This document shows positions 28,067 through 40,761 of a DNA stretch of 59,742 bases, piece after piece. Position numbers and translations under genes: made by a program. Within the stretch, counting starts at the first letter, position 1. Each line of letters opens with the position of its first letter. The notes under the pieces were generated by a model. The model did no database searches. It was not told where the DNA came from and saw only the letters and a program-made list of their open reading frames with translations. The DNA comes from Coniocarpon cinnabarinum. Lineage: Eukaryota. The stretch is taken from positions 1-59,742 of the forward strand of contig JAVECO010000149.1 in NCBI GenBank assembly GCA_051942205.1, read 5' to 3'.

Positions 28067-31000
28067 CTATCTCCCCTCCTCGCCCTCTCTCGTCCGACTT
28101 TTCCTAACGCGTTTGAAGCATCCAAACTCTCCCTTTGTCCGTTCCCTCAACCGCTTCAAAATCGACTTCATTTCTGGCAACCCGCTTTGCAGCTTCATTC
28201 GAGCCTCATTATCCGTGCGCTCATCCAACGCCTGATAGATCTCTCCTTGCACCTCACCTGCCTTCTTCGTTGTGTAGTTGTCTAAAGTCTGCGCTAGAAA
28301 CTCCACATCCAGCGTCGCTTGCATGAGTGCTGATAAGCTGTAGCGGCGGCGCTGCTTGAAAGCGTCGATGAGCGCGTTGCTGAGTTGCTCCAAAAGGTAG
28401 CTAAGGACTTGATTGGTGAGTGCAGGCGTAGTGCGACTCACTTCAGTGTGAACGTGTGTGAGCGTCAGCAATGTGTCATAGACGTAGGCTTTGGCGTCAG
28501 CAGGGCGATGCGCATCAGGTGCGTAGCCGGGGTCCGTGATCCCGGCTGTAACAAGGTCGCGAAGACTGTCGACAGTGGGCCGAACATAGGCCTGGAAGAC
28601 GCGGGCATGCATTTGGGAAAGGACGTCGCGCGTCGTTTTGGCGTCATCTGAGATTGTGAGGAGGAAATGCGACTCGAAGGTGCTGAGAAGGGATGGAACT
28701 GTTTCTGAGCGAAGCGTCTGGAAGTTGGAAACTGTAAGGAGTTTGCGAGCGTTCTGCAGTCAATGTCAGCACGGTCACGTCTTTCTTTAGGAGCCGCGGC
28801 ACTCACAGCGTTGGCAATGTCAATGGTCTCTCCTACAGAACCAGTTGTTTGCTCTCGCTGCAATGGTACGGTCAAATCCTCTTCTTCGTTTTCTTCGCCT
28901 TCGCTATTGGCGCCGTTTGCGGGTCTTGCTGCATGCTCCATCATACCACCGAAAGCCTTGTACAGAGTGTTACGGAACCCTTTCTGCACTGCATCGATAT
29001 GCTTTGCTGGAGGCGGCAAGACGACATCTGGGCTCCCCGAGTGATTGGCAGCTTCAGGTACGTAAACAATCTTCTGCAGGTTCCCAAGCACAGCAGTCTC
29101 AAAGGCGCTGAATCTCGATGGTAAGGCGGTGAGGTCCTGCTTCTCCGATGAACGTGACCAATCCTCAAGCTCGCGGCAGTGCTCGCTGTCGTATATCCAT
29201 GCCGCACATATGGCATTGATTGATCGCTCACGAACATCACCTACCAGTGATCGAAGCTGCTGGATTAACGTACTTTCGTTCTTGACAAGAGGCACTGACG
29301 CTAATTCTGCCGCTGCAATTCCAATGAGGTTATTCAACCTAGATAAATAGGTCGATGCACTCAACGAGTTGCTATTGGGAGGCCAGAAGGCACAGTTCTC
29401 CCATGCCGCATTGGCCTGACTTTGAGTTGGCAGTGGTGGCATGTCTTCCGCAATCATTGTGAAGCGCGACTTTTTCAACGGTGTCATGACAGCTGAGCCA
29501 GGAGTCTTGGGTGTTTCTGCGGTCGGCGACACCAAAGTAGAGATGTCCTGCACAGGCGCATCAATGAACATGTGATGTAGCTGTTCACGAACCAACCCAA
29601 ACAGCTCCAACGCAAATCCTTTGAGCTCATTCACATTCTCCCGATCCAATCGATGAAACTTTTTGCTTCGTCCTTCCGGTCCCGCCGGTAAGCTGCGTTG
29701 TCTCATGCCGTCAATGAACCCCTGTGCAGTGTCCCAGAACTCGATGATCTCGCCCAAGAGACCCCCTTTCGCCGACAAGAGCGTATTCAGTGCGCTTGTC
29801 TGCCTCTCCCAGAATGTCACCACAGGGCGAGTGTCGACCTCGCTGCTCTCCATGCGCCGCACGTCACCGGCTGTTTTCAAATGTTCAGCAAGGACTGCGT
29901 TACTGGCTCTACTAGTAAGCAGAAGCTTCCTCCGTTGAAGCTCGAGGTCGACGCGTACGTGGTCGAAACTGTTTTGTATGCGCTTTCGCAGGTAATCGTG
30001 TCGACTTTGCAACCATACCCAGATAGGGTTTTCGTCAACGCTCAGTTGCATTAGCACTCCAATGAGCTCCATGTACTCTTCTTGCCGACCATCCGGCGTT
30101 TCTGCAGCAGATGTGAAGTGAGCTGTCGTTAGCCTCCGCCAAGTGTCCCGTTTGAAGTCCTCTATACGCTTTTCAATGTCCATTAGCACTCGCCCAGTGA
30201 TCAGCAGTACGTGGATCTGTTGATCTTCCACATTCACGTCCTGCTCTTTGAAGCGAGCTGCGATATTCTGTGCATCTTTCCTGTATCTTTGCGCGCGTTG
30301 ATACTCTTCAGTAAGGTTATCGTACTCCCTCCGCTTGATGCAGTCCTCGATCGCAGCCCCAGTTTCGAAAATAGCTTTGTTGGACTCAATCGATGCCAAT
30401 ACAACCTTGAGACGTTCTTCTCGATCTCGTCCTCCTAGCGCTGGGCCCCACACTTCCTGTGCTTTGTGTGTAGCCTCCTTCAGTGGGATTGTGACACCCG
30501 CAGTGCCATACTGGCTCTCTGCAATTAAGGCGTTCTTGCGCTTCTCATTATCCGGCTGTGCTTTGAAGGATCCCATCTGTCGGGTACGTAAGGAATTTTG
30601 CCAGCTTGCATGTCTTGAACTAGGTCGCCCGTCTGACCCATGGTTGAGCATCTCCGTGTAAACATTGTCAATCGTAGCCTTAGCGCGGACGTATCTTTCA
30701 AAGTTCGCTTCCACCAATCGCTTCAGCGACGCCGACTTCTCGTCTATAGATGCGCTCAAGACATTAAGACCCTGTGTTAGCTCTTCATTGGGCGTGTTGT
30801 TGTGGACCTGGCTGAGGTAGTCACCAGGCGAGAATTGAGGAGACGAGAGCATGTAGCGGTTCTCTGCGTATAGGTCAGCTTCGACACTCTAGCAACGAGA
30901 GTCTGAGCAGCCTCACTGAGCTCTTCATCTCGATCAGCCGGTATGCCCTTCCGCCTCAGCAAGGACACAATGCTTGCAGAGCCTCCTAGTGGATCGGCTT

Positions 31001-31247
31001 CATCTCGTGGTAGAGGCGGCGGCAGATCCTGCTCGCGGCGCTTGCTAGGACTCTTGCCTTTACGCTTTCCTCTTGAATGTTCGAGAGTCGTGAAGCGGCG
31101 CGCATGCTTGATTTTAGCTTTGCTTTCTGGTTCGGACTCCTGACCGTCGCCTTCTTCTTTCTCCGCAGGCCATTCTGAGGGATAGAGGGAATTGAGTCCG
31201 TAGTGCGCAAGGATGTCGCGCTCGCTTTCACCGTTGGTCATCGACAT
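28067..31247 (-). CDS. SEC5: Exocyst complex component Sec5
   Basis: Exons 31247-30917, 30863-28807, 28753-28067. Motifs FSPGDYLSQVH, SLKRLVEANFERYVRAKATID and LMQATLDVEF. Confidence 0.92.
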
Positions 31248-31651
31248 CTTCCCAGCATTTCCGGAGCTAGCTGTGGGAGGCTGGCGTTAGGATATTACTA
31301 CTCCGTGCAGCTGCAGCTCCAATGCGACAAGGGTCCGGGCTTCAGGTCCTTGAGATAGGCTTTTGTATTATTGAACCCACAGTCAAAGCTCTTCAGAGGC
31401 TTCCCTCCCGATCAGATCTCAGGCCAATTATCTCAAACCGTAACACAGAGGATGAACTTGCTAGCGACCTCGAAATCTAGATCACATGTCATTCATACAG
31501 CGTGCACAGACCACAGCCTTCCGCAAGACCGCTGCCACGCTATCAGATGAAGTTTCTCCTACTCGGATGCAACTTCGACACTCCTTAACTTCTGCACCTG
31601 GCATTTAATACTTGACAGACTCAGCTTGACAGCTTCAGTACAGTCCTGAAG

Positions 31652-33022
31652 ATGTCGGCGCTCAGGGTCTTCGCGCCGTCAGCGCGACACTGTTTCCGGC
31701 GACAAGCGCCGCGGTTATGCCAAGCTGTATGCAAGCTATTTACCATGCCATTGGATCTTAGTCACTGAGGACTCGACAGCAATTCCAAGCGCGGAGGGGC
31801 TACGCAACACCTCATGACCAGAAAGTCGCCGAGTTCAAGGGCGAGAAGGGTTCTGATGTACGTACTACCACAAGCTCTTGTTCCCTGATCCAATGCTGTT
31901 GGAGAAAGCAAATTTTCGAAACAGAAGAAGCACTTTACAGGAGACCAAGCAGCTAAGCATGATTTACAGGGCAACTACACCGTCACACTCATAGAAGGCG
32001 ACGGTATCGGCCCCGAGATCTCCCAATCCGTCAAAGACATCTTCGCCGCCGCAAACACCCCTATCAAATGGGAGCCCGTCGACGTAACCCCAACCCTCAA
32101 AGACGGCCGCACCGTCATCCCCGACGAAGCAATCCAGTCCGTGACGAGGAACTACGTCGCGCTCAAAGGCCCGCTCGCCACACCGATCGGCAAAGGTCAC
32201 GTCTCTCTCAACCTCACCCTGCGGAGGACATTCAATCTCTTCGCGAACGTAAGACCGTGCAAGAGCATCGCTGGCTACAAGACACCGTACGACAATGTCG
32301 ACACGGTCTTGATTCGTGAAAACACGGAGGGCGAATACAGCGGCATTGAGCACGTTGTGGTCGACGGTGTCGTCCAAAGCATTAAACTCATTACGCGCGA
32401 GGCCTCTGAACGCGTGCTCCGTTTCGCCTTCCAATACGCACAGGACGTCGGCAAGCCCAAGGTCCGTGTCGTCCACAAAGCCACCATCATGAAAATGTCA
32501 GACGGCCTCTTCCTCCGCACCGCGCGAGACGTCGCCAAAGACTTCCCCAACATCGAGTTTGACACCGAAATCCTCGACAACACATGTCTTAAGATTGTCA
32601 CAGATCCCGGGCCCTACGGCGACAAGGTTCTCGTGATGCCGAATTTGTACGGCGACATCCTGAGTGACATGTGCGCTGGCTTGATTGGTGGACTGGGACT
32701 GACACCGAGTGGCAATATCGGAGATGAGTGCAGTATCTTTGAGGCGGTACATGGGAGTGCACCCGACATTGCGGGGAAGGGCCTTGCCAACCCCACGGCG
32801 TTGTTGTTGAGTAGCATTATGATGTTGCAACATATGGGATTGACGGAGCATGCGACGAGGATTCAGAATGCGATTTTCAAGACGTTGGCGGATGGCAAGG
32901 TGAGTTTGGTTCGACGTCAGTGGGTGAAATTTCTGCTAATTTCGATATAGACGATTACGGGTGACTTGGGAGGGAAGGCCAAGACGTCCGAGTATGCGGG
33001 AGCTGTGATTTCGAATTTATAA
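31652..33022 (+). CDS. IDH2: Mitochondrial NAD-dependent isocitrate dehydrogenase subunit 2
   Basis: Exons 31652-31726, 31780-31857, 31970-32899, 32951-33022. Arg-rich presequence, then [28 protein letters not shown] and [13 protein letters not shown]. Confidence 0.96.
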
Positions 33023-33392
33023 GTGTGACACGCGTCGAGTAAGTATGAAGATCAGCGTTGTAGGCCAATTATTGAACGGAGGCAAGATAAACACAGGTGA
33101 GAGTCCGGAGTGTTCCAGAGATCTGTGGAAGGCATAGTGAAGAATCTATGGTGTTCGAGCGAGCATGGAAGCATTGCATGAGATCCTTTGATACCTTGTA
33201 CAGTACGCAATAGCATGGAAGAATACATCAGAATCCTGTGGTATCTCTTGACCTGTGGCTTCCAGTGCCAAGCTATATACAATTCATCGACGCTCAAATA
33301 ACCAACAGCGCCTTGCTGATATCTGTACAAATGACCCAAACATCATCCCGTAAAACACCTTGCGCGTATCAAACATTGAGGCAGTCTGGCTT

Positions 33393-36311
33393 TTATCCAG
33401 CGAGACCCTCCAGTAGCGCACTCTCCTTCCCCGTCTTAACACTCTGAAACACACCACCCTCCTTCTTCTCTCCCTTCTCCGCTTTCTCATAAGCCTCCTC
33501 ACTCCGATCAATAAGCGTCTCCAAATCGCGCTCACTCAGCAACTCCTCCCCAGTAGCATCCTCATTCCCTCCGAAATCCATCCTCTCACCATCCGCCTCC
33601 GCCAACGCCCGCTGTAATGCATCCATCCCCTCGTCCTCTGCATCATCATTCCGTTTCGACTTTGCGCCACGCTCGCCCCAGCTCTTGAACTTGCCCTTGC
33701 TGATTACGAGCTTTTCCAGGCGACGCTTCCCATCCGCCTTGCTGAGCAGGACTTCTTCAACTGTGCCACGCGTCGCGAGACGATAAACCACGACGTTCCG
33801 CTTTTGTCCAATACGATGGGCTCGATCTTGTGCCTGTAGATCCTGTTGCGGATTCCAGTCCGAATCAAAAAGGATGACGGTGTCCGCGGCGGCGAGATTA
33901 ATGCCTTGGCCGCCGGCGCGGGTACTCAGTAAGAATACACGAGCCTCAGAGTTGGGATCATTGAAAGAGCGGATTTGTTCTTGGCGCTCGGAGGCGGGGA
34001 TGGAGCCGTCGATGCGGAGACTAGGGAGGTCAAGGTGGGTGCTGAGATAGAGGGAGAGGATGTCGAGTTGGGATTTGAATTGCGAAAACAGGAGGATGCG
34101 GTGGTTTTCTTTGGAATCCAGTAAAGCGCGGAGAAGACGATCGAGGAGTCGCATCTTCCCAGAGGCTGTGACGAGGGCGGTGTAATCTTCATTGTCATCC
34201 GGGAGGGGATTACCTGCTTCGTCGACGACTGTCTCACCGTTGCGTAAGGTGGAGGTGTCCATCCATGGATCGTAGAAGTTATGGGGACTATTGCAGCAGA
34301 GACGGAGTTGCATAATGGGATTTTGAAGTTTCTTCTGGGCAACATGCTTCTTTGCCAGCTGCAGTGTCGCTTGACGGTCTTGCTCCTCAGGGCTGTCGTC
34401 CGCATCTGAGGCATCGTCATTGTGGAGCATAGGGAAGGAGGGATCCTCTTCACCGCCGTTCTCGTCGAGACGTCTGAAGAATTCGGCGTCTGATACTTCG
34501 TCGTAGTTTCGGCGACGGGCACTCCGCTTTGAGCGCTGACCTTGAGCTGGTGTAGAAGCGCGAGAGGTCTTTGCTGATTTGTTAGGCGTGTCTCTGGGCA
34601 AAGAGTTCGGAGTCAAGGGTGAAGAGGCGCCCAGGTTCGAAGGAGCTTTGCGCTTTTTGGTGTTCACGCTCGCTGCGCTTTTCCCGCTCTTGACACTCAC
34701 TGGCGTTGCAGTACCACTGTTATTTCTTGAAAGTGTCTCAACGACTTTGTCTTCGAGGTAGGCACGTGAGTCGCCGTGCAGAATCTCTTGGTAGAGTTCA
34801 CGTTGCTCAGATGTTAGCGGTGCAAATAGAACGTATTCCCGCTTCTTCGGCAGACTGTGCTCTACGTCTGCCTTGACTCGCCGCAGCAGGAAAGGCTTCA
34901 GAATAGCATGTAGAGAGGTGACCAGACTTGCCTTGCGCTCCTCCGACAAGATCTGCGCGTGACCTCCCTCCTCTTTAAGAGCGGAAAAGTCGAACCATGA
35001 TTCAAACGATTCCAGCTTGTCGAATATATCGGGCATGAGGAAATGCAGAAGAGACCATAGTTCTGCAAGATTGTTCTGCAAAGGAGTGCCAGTGATGAGG
35101 AGTCGGTTTGCTGAGTTGTAGGATTGAAGTTCGCGGATGAGACGGCAGTTGAGGTTCTTGATGCGGTGCCCTTCATCGATGATGATAAATTTCCAGCCAA
35201 AGTGGCTCAAGAACTTGCGGTCATTCATGCAGATCTCATAGGAAGTACACACCACAGGAAAGTCTGGAGACCCTGGACGTCGCAACTGCTTCCGCCTGAT
35301 CTCCTCTCGCTCTTGTTTGCTACCATGGTAGAGCACAACAGGAATGTCTGGGGTCCAGCGATTAAACTCATCGACCCAATTAGACGTCGTACTCAGCGGG
35401 GCAGCAATGAGAAAAGGGCCGTTGACACCTCGCTCTCGAAGAAAGGCAAGAAACGAGATAGTTTGCACGGTCTTACCAAGACCCATCTCATCCGCGAGTA
35501 TGCCGTTCAAACCATTTTCATAGAGCGAGACAAGCCATTCGAGTCCTTCGAGCTGGTATTTGCGCATCATCCCGCCAGACACAAGATCTGGTTGTCGAGC
35601 GGACTTCAGATTTTGCACGCCAATGTCACTTGCTTGCACACCGTCAGTCTCTTGATGTTGCGCTTCATCCTCGAGAGCCTGCTGGATGGATGCTCCCTTG
35701 CCCGCTTTGCCTTCAAGGTCTTCTTTCTTGACGTAGTCTGTCATCCTTCCCTGGGACTTTGTCTGGTTGCTTGGCCGGCCTCTCCCCCGCGTCTTCGCTG
35801 CGGTGTCATTCGTCTTGGTATCTTGGACGTCTTTCTCATCCTCGGCCTCTACCTTCCTGGTGCTCCTTCTTTGACTTTGTTGTGCAGCCTTCTCAGCCAT
35901 CTCCTCCTTCTTCGCGGCGCGTTTCTGGGCTCGTTCGTCTTTTTGATCAGCCTCCTCTTCCTGCTTCTGCATTTGGTTCAACATGATTGTAGAATACAGC
36001 TTGCTCTGACTTAATAGGTATTCAAGCGCTTTGAATTTCTGGTCGACCGCCTTGCTGCCGCCTTGGATGTCTTTCTGGCGATCCTGTTGCAGCCGTTTGT
36101 CGCGTTCTTCTTCTGCGCGGCGACTAGCTTCCTCCATGCGCTTTTCTTCTTGCTGCATGGTTGCAGAGATGCCATCGGCATCGTCCGCCAAGTCTGTGTC
36201 CATGTTTGGGTTTTCCACCCCGTCACTCGGAGGACTCGAGGGAGGCGTGCTTTTCTCCAAAGCTACTGACGTTGCGGGAGAGGCTGTCTTCGAAGAGGTC
36301 AATCGTGGCAT
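33393..36311 (-). CDS. IRC5: SNF2-family chromatin remodeller, LSH/HELLS/DDM1 (Irc5/MUS-30) subfamily
   Basis: ENGLNGILADEMGLGKT, DEGH box, RIKNLNCRLIREL, FESWFDFS and QAQDRAHRIGQ, with an N-terminal coiled coil. Probable start MPRLTSS at 36311. Confidence 0.9.
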   Translation of the reverse strand: MPRLTSSKTASPATSVALEKSTPPSSPPSDGVENPNMDTDLADDADGISATMQQEEKRMEEASRRAEEERDKRLQQDRQKDIQGGSKAVDQKFKALEYLLSQSKLYSTIMLNQMQKQEEEADQKDERAQKRAAKKEEMAEKAAQQSQRRSTRKVEAEDEKDVQDTKTNDTAAKTRGRGRPSNQTKSQGRMTDYVKKEDLEGKAGKGASIQQALEDEAQHQETDGVQASDIGVQNLKSARQPDLVSGGMMRKYQLEGLEWLVSLYENGLNGILADEMGLGKTVQTISFLAFLRERGVNGPFLIAAPLSTTSNWVDEFNRWTPDIPVVLYHGSKQEREEIRRKQLRRPGSPDFPVVCTSYEICMNDRKFLSHFGWKFIIIDEGHRIKNLNCRLIRELQSYNSANRLLITGTPLQNNLAELWSLLHFLMPDIFDKLESFESWFDFSALKEEGGHAQILSEERKASLVTSLHAILKPFLLRRVKADVEHSLPKKREYVLFAPLTSEQRELYQEILHGDSRAYLEDKVVETLSRNNSGTATPVSVKSGKSAASVNTKKRKAPSNLGASSPLTPNSLPRDTPNKSAKTSRASTPAQGQRSKRSARRRNYDEVSDAEFFRRLDENGGEEDPSFPMLHNDDASDADDSPEEQDRQATLQLAKKHVAQKKLQNPIMQLRLCCNSPHNFYDPWMDTSTLRNGETVVDEAGNPLPDDNEDYTALVTASGKMRLLDRLLRALLDSKENHRILLFSQFKSQLDILSLYLSTHLDLPSLRIDGSIPASERQEQIRSFNDPNSEARVFLLSTRAGGQGINLAAADTVILFDSDWNPQQDLQAQDRAHRIGQKRNVVVYRLATRGTVEEVLLSKADGKRRLEKLVISKGKFKSWGERGAKSKRNDDAEDEGMDALQRALAEADGERMDFGGNEDATGEELLSERDLETLIDRSEEAYEKAEKGEKKEGGVFQSVKTGKESALLEGLAG

Positions 36312-37154
36312 TATTGAACTTGCAGGAACCTGCTTGATCAATGTACTGTACAATGTCGCATCACACGCGACTGGTGTAAGGGGACAATCAAGTACTTTGA
36401 CGCCCACACGCCCAGGGGCAACAATGGAAATTCACGAGCAAGACGCGTAACGTCGATCGACACGTAAAGTCGCGTCCCAGATCGCGACCATGCCGCTTTG
36501 GGCCCAAATTGAGATCGCTCCATGCCGGCAGATCTCTCCCATCTCCCCGGATTCTTGGAGTCAAGATGAGATTTGAAAGTGTTGCCTTGGACAGTACCCA
36601 TACAGGTCACGAACATGTCTCTGAACACTTGCTAAACTAAAACTCTCAGGCGCGATCCTCCTGAGCTGCGCAGAAACACTTTACGAGCATTGTCTTTGCG
36701 ACTTAGACCTAGACCCCGATCGCAAGCCCGCGACTCAACACCCGAAGGCCCAGAAAACGGCACAAACCTTGGCTTAAGCACCTTCATAACCCTTCGGTAT
36801 AAGAAGTGAATGAGGTCTCGTAGCGTTTTAAATCCACATTGAACGCAAGGGAGATGCATGCGATGCAAGCAGAGTCAGTCAGGACTACCACATAACTCGT
36901 AACCCTGAGAGAAGCTTTTAAGGCACCATTTGCCACAAGAGCAAACCCTAGTGCTTGCGAATCCTAGGTACATGAGCGTCATGCAGGGAATTAATTGAGT
37001 CTTGCTCTCCAAGCCGGGCCTCTGGTGCATCTGAGTAAAGGCATCGCCACCTCGATGGGCTCCTGCCCTAAAGACACTATTGCATGAGATCTTTATAGTA
37101 ACCAACAACCTGTCGGCAGATTGAGTGACACCATTCTAAACGAGCCTTATATAA

Positions 37155-37460
37155 CTATGATGAAGGGGCTCCAGGTCCAAAGAGCTCCTTCTTCTCTACC
37201 TTTCGATCGCCCTTCTTATAATGCGGCTTCTCTCGTTTGATCTTCTGGAAGAACTGCTTGCCGTAGCTCTGCGCCGCCTTGTTTTGATCTGAAAATCCGT
37301 GATCCGTTTGATATTTTTTTATCGCTCTTTCCTGGTCATGCTTGGGATCGTTCCATGCCTGATTGAAGACTTCGTGGGAGTCCTCCCGGACATCGCTTTC
37401 GCCGAGGGAGCTGCGGAAGCTTGATCCGGCAAGCCTTTTCAAGAGCGATGGTTCAGACAT
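37155..37460 (-). CDS. Hypothetical small basic/charged protein (101 aa)
   Basis: ATG in reasonable context (CCA ATG TCT) and protein-like helical composition; no recognisable domain. Confidence 0.4.
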   Translation of the reverse strand: MSEPSLLKRLAGSSFRSSLGESDVREDSHEVFNQAWNDPKHDQERAIKKYQTDHGFSDQNKAAQSYGKQFFQKIKREKPHYKKGDRKVEKKELFGPGAPSS

Positions 37461-39158
37461 TGGTACTGATTGGTGGCTGCCTGACTAGCGTCGTTTGTAT
37501 GCAGGCAATGAGGACTAGTATATGATATGACTTCTGAACAAAGATGTACGACAATTGAAAGGCGATTGCTCCTGAGGCGTCCGGGGAAATCCACGCCTGG
37601 CTACGAGTGGTGGCACGCGTTGAATCAGGGAAAAAAAAGCACCTACGTAATCTTCACCTAGATCCAAAGAGCAGAAGTATTTTCGATCACAGAGCTTAGC
37701 TGTCTTCTTTGTGTTTCAGCATGTCCTTGCGGATGATGTTGATTGCGAGACAATCCTTCCAGCTGTGTGGCGACAGAGACACGTTGCGCAGCCACGGAAA
37801 ACCGGCAGTTCACATCACTCCTCCATGTTACACCACTGAATCCCATGATCAACCTCGAACATCTATCAATCTAGTTAGCACAGGCATATTGTACCATCGA
37901 CCGTTCACCACTTCCACAGCTCGCTACAGCAGCAGAGTTTGAGTGCAGAGACTATTGCAAATTACTGCTCTGAGAGTGAACATAATGCTACGTCGCCGGG
38001 TCTGACGAGGTTGCAGGATGCAGGATGCAGGATCTCAATGTAATCCTTCAGGAATCTGTCGGCTAATCAACACGTTTTTCTTTCCAAATTTCAGCCAACG
38101 TTTGGCATCGAAGGATCTAGCATCGCAATGACAGTGCTGTGTGATTGCGTGCTGTCACGACTGCGAATGTTTCCGCGCATTCTTCATCCTCATCGGCTTG
38201 ACGGTGCAGGAAGTGTCAGAAGCGTACCGTAGGAGAAACAACGGCAGACTTCCATTATTGCGTAGAGAACTGTTTATGCTAATTTGGGCAGGATACGATT
38301 ATGCCCCGTGTATTGGTTCTGTTGGTTCTCATCGTGACACTGCAAAAAGAAGCCTGCCATTGTATAAAGACTCTAGGTAATCAATGTTTCAGAGAATGCG
38401 TCAGCATCTACGTGGACGGGAGCGATGTGGATTTTCAGGTTGTCTTGGCTTCTCTAGCTCAGATACATCTGACAACAAAGGCTACAATCCAAGACGCAAC
38501 ATTCTACCAGGTTTACTCTACAAGACGCTTTAAAGAGTCATTGCTTAAAATCCCGGAACGCTACTCCGTACACGCAGATCAAGGATGGTGGCAGTTACGA
38601 GCATTCTCAGGGGACCCGTATTTTTCTGGCATGACTGTGTACTGCATCAGGCTGACAGGCGTATCCTTAGCACGATGGTAAAGCGGTGTTGTAGGAGCAG
38701 GTCCTTGGCTAGTGCTTCAGCGCGTTGAAAGTATGTGACTGGCAGAAGCATCATGTTCCTTGATACAACAATAGATGGCTATATGACCCGCCTTGCGAAT
38801 CTACATGTAGTGTGCGAAAGACTCCATGTTAAGACATCGTCGCTGTCAAGTCCCGATCTTTGGGACCTTGGGCCAGCGAAGGCGTAATGCCGTGATACCC
38901 TGTGATACTGATGTTGTTGTTCATGCCTTTGTGTAAAGTTGCGATGCAAAGGTAAGCGGCCAAAGGAACTAGGAGTGTGAAGCGACGAGTCGCGTCTACA
39001 GCTTCTGTCGAGACGTGATTGGTGCGCCTAGGCGAACTGCCTGCAGCAGCACAGCCTCAACAATGCCCGTGGTGCACACACATCTACAGCCACCCGTAAT
39101 TTCCTTTAAACATTACTTGGATCGCGAAACCGACTTTCTGGGCGATACGAGCTATGAG

Positions 39159-40761
39159 ATGTCACTACAGCCTACGAAGACTGCGATCGCTCTGGCCAAT
39201 CTTCCACCAGAAGCTCATGAGCGCGTTTCCGCGGCCGCGGCTAGAGATGTGAGAGATTGTGATGGTACACGTCGAGATCAAAGTCAGAAGCGTGCAAGAG
39301 CGCATACAGTAGGGTCGGCCGGGAGACGGAGCAGATCGCTTTCGCCACACGTCTCGCCTACAGTAGCCAATGGCGGCAGTGGTAGCAGCACCAGCAGCAG
39401 CGACAATCATAGCCAGAAACGACGAAGCTGGCGGTGGTTGTTCCCATCCAACGCCTCTAAGTTCAACTCATGGAAAAAGAGTATCGTGGTCCTTGCAGGG
39501 CTTGTGACCATTGCAGGCGGTATAACAGCCATATACTTTGGGCAACAGGGCTACCTCTTTAATAAATGGCAAGGTCAGGCGCTGTTTCGAGATGAGTGCC
39601 AAGGGGACAAGGTCAGTGTTTGTATAGTGAATGCTAACATGCCTACGCCTGGCTAACAAAAGCAAGGACAACAACCGTCCCTTGTCACACGATTGCGAGG
39701 CCGCCCTCCAGGAATCTGCACGCGCACCACCGTTTGGGCGCAGGGAGCTCGGTTCGAGATCTGGTTATCATAAAATTCGTGACCCGTTGTACATTCCTAC
39801 CCATGGAGACGACGACCCATCGCTGCCTTCTCAAGCGAGGGCGAAAGAGCGTCTACTGAGCAATGCATCCGGGAGATCGTACTTCATCGCCTTGGCTGCC
39901 ATGGCATTCGGCTACCTTGCAAGTCTAGTGCTCCCACCCTACATGCTGGCCTCCTTTGCTCGAAAATCCTTTGCACGGCTTCGGTCAAGACCAAAGAAGC
40001 GACACAAGGCGGGACAATCACATCATGATGAGTATCCGGCGCGTTCACAAATTGATAGTGGTGCGCTTCCGCACGATGCGTCTCCTTTCGATACATTGTC
40101 TAGTCAAAGCGAAGGTGACCCTGACTTTTTCGGGAGGCCTTCCGAGCCATTGGACTTTCTACATGCCAGTTTTGATGCGCTTGGAAGCATTGAGAGTGGC
40201 ATCGTTCACACTGGGGCCTCGCGGCCTCCTCCAGGAGTAGAGTTACCGAGACACGACATTACCAATACAGGCACAACCATGGCCCGAGAAGCTGCCGCAA
40301 AGCGCCGGAATGCTGCAAATCAATCTGCTGAAGATACATACACACGTCCTGAATGGCAATCTATGCAGAGCCCTTCCCTTACTAATGGCCGGCAACAAGA
40401 GGACGTCGTCGACCTTGAAGAACAGTGCATAGCCTTGGGTGAAGAAATGTCTGCCAAAAATCGAAGACATGATCCAGACTGGTTTGATAGAGACATATCT
40501 AGGAAAGAGCTTGAGACGCTTCCAATTGGTTCCAGCGGAGTTCACTTCGCCGAAGACGCTGGGGAGTCTGTGAGCGAGCAACAAGGCCAAGCAGAGGACT
40601 CGATTTCGTTACCGGAGCCCAAACTCGCAGTCCCGTCCTCAGGTCATCTCTCATCCGAGACCGTCTCAACAGGCCACGATTACACAGATTTCAATATCGC
40701 TGGTTTCGTTTCTGTAGGCGACACATATTCTGTTCAGAAGAGGAACCCCAGAGTTTTGTGA
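39159..40761 (+). CDS. Hypothetical two-TM membrane protein with C-terminal HRAM-like motif
   Basis: Intron 39612-39666 (GTCAGT...GCTAAC...AAG) joins the 39015 and 39631 ORFs in frame. TM1 SIVVLAGLVTIAGGITAIYFG, a Cys pair (FRDEC...LSHDC), TM2 YFIALAAMAFGYLASLVL. Start could also be 39063. Confidence 0.7.

Noticed and set aside
31964..32851. Antisense ORFs over IDH2 (and similar ones over MCM3, SEC5 and the SNF2 gene)
   Set aside because: These are shadow ORFs arising from codon bias on the coding strand.
38128..38681. Possible spliced gene
   Set aside because: Intron-like signals exist but the product has no recognisable motif or convincing composition.
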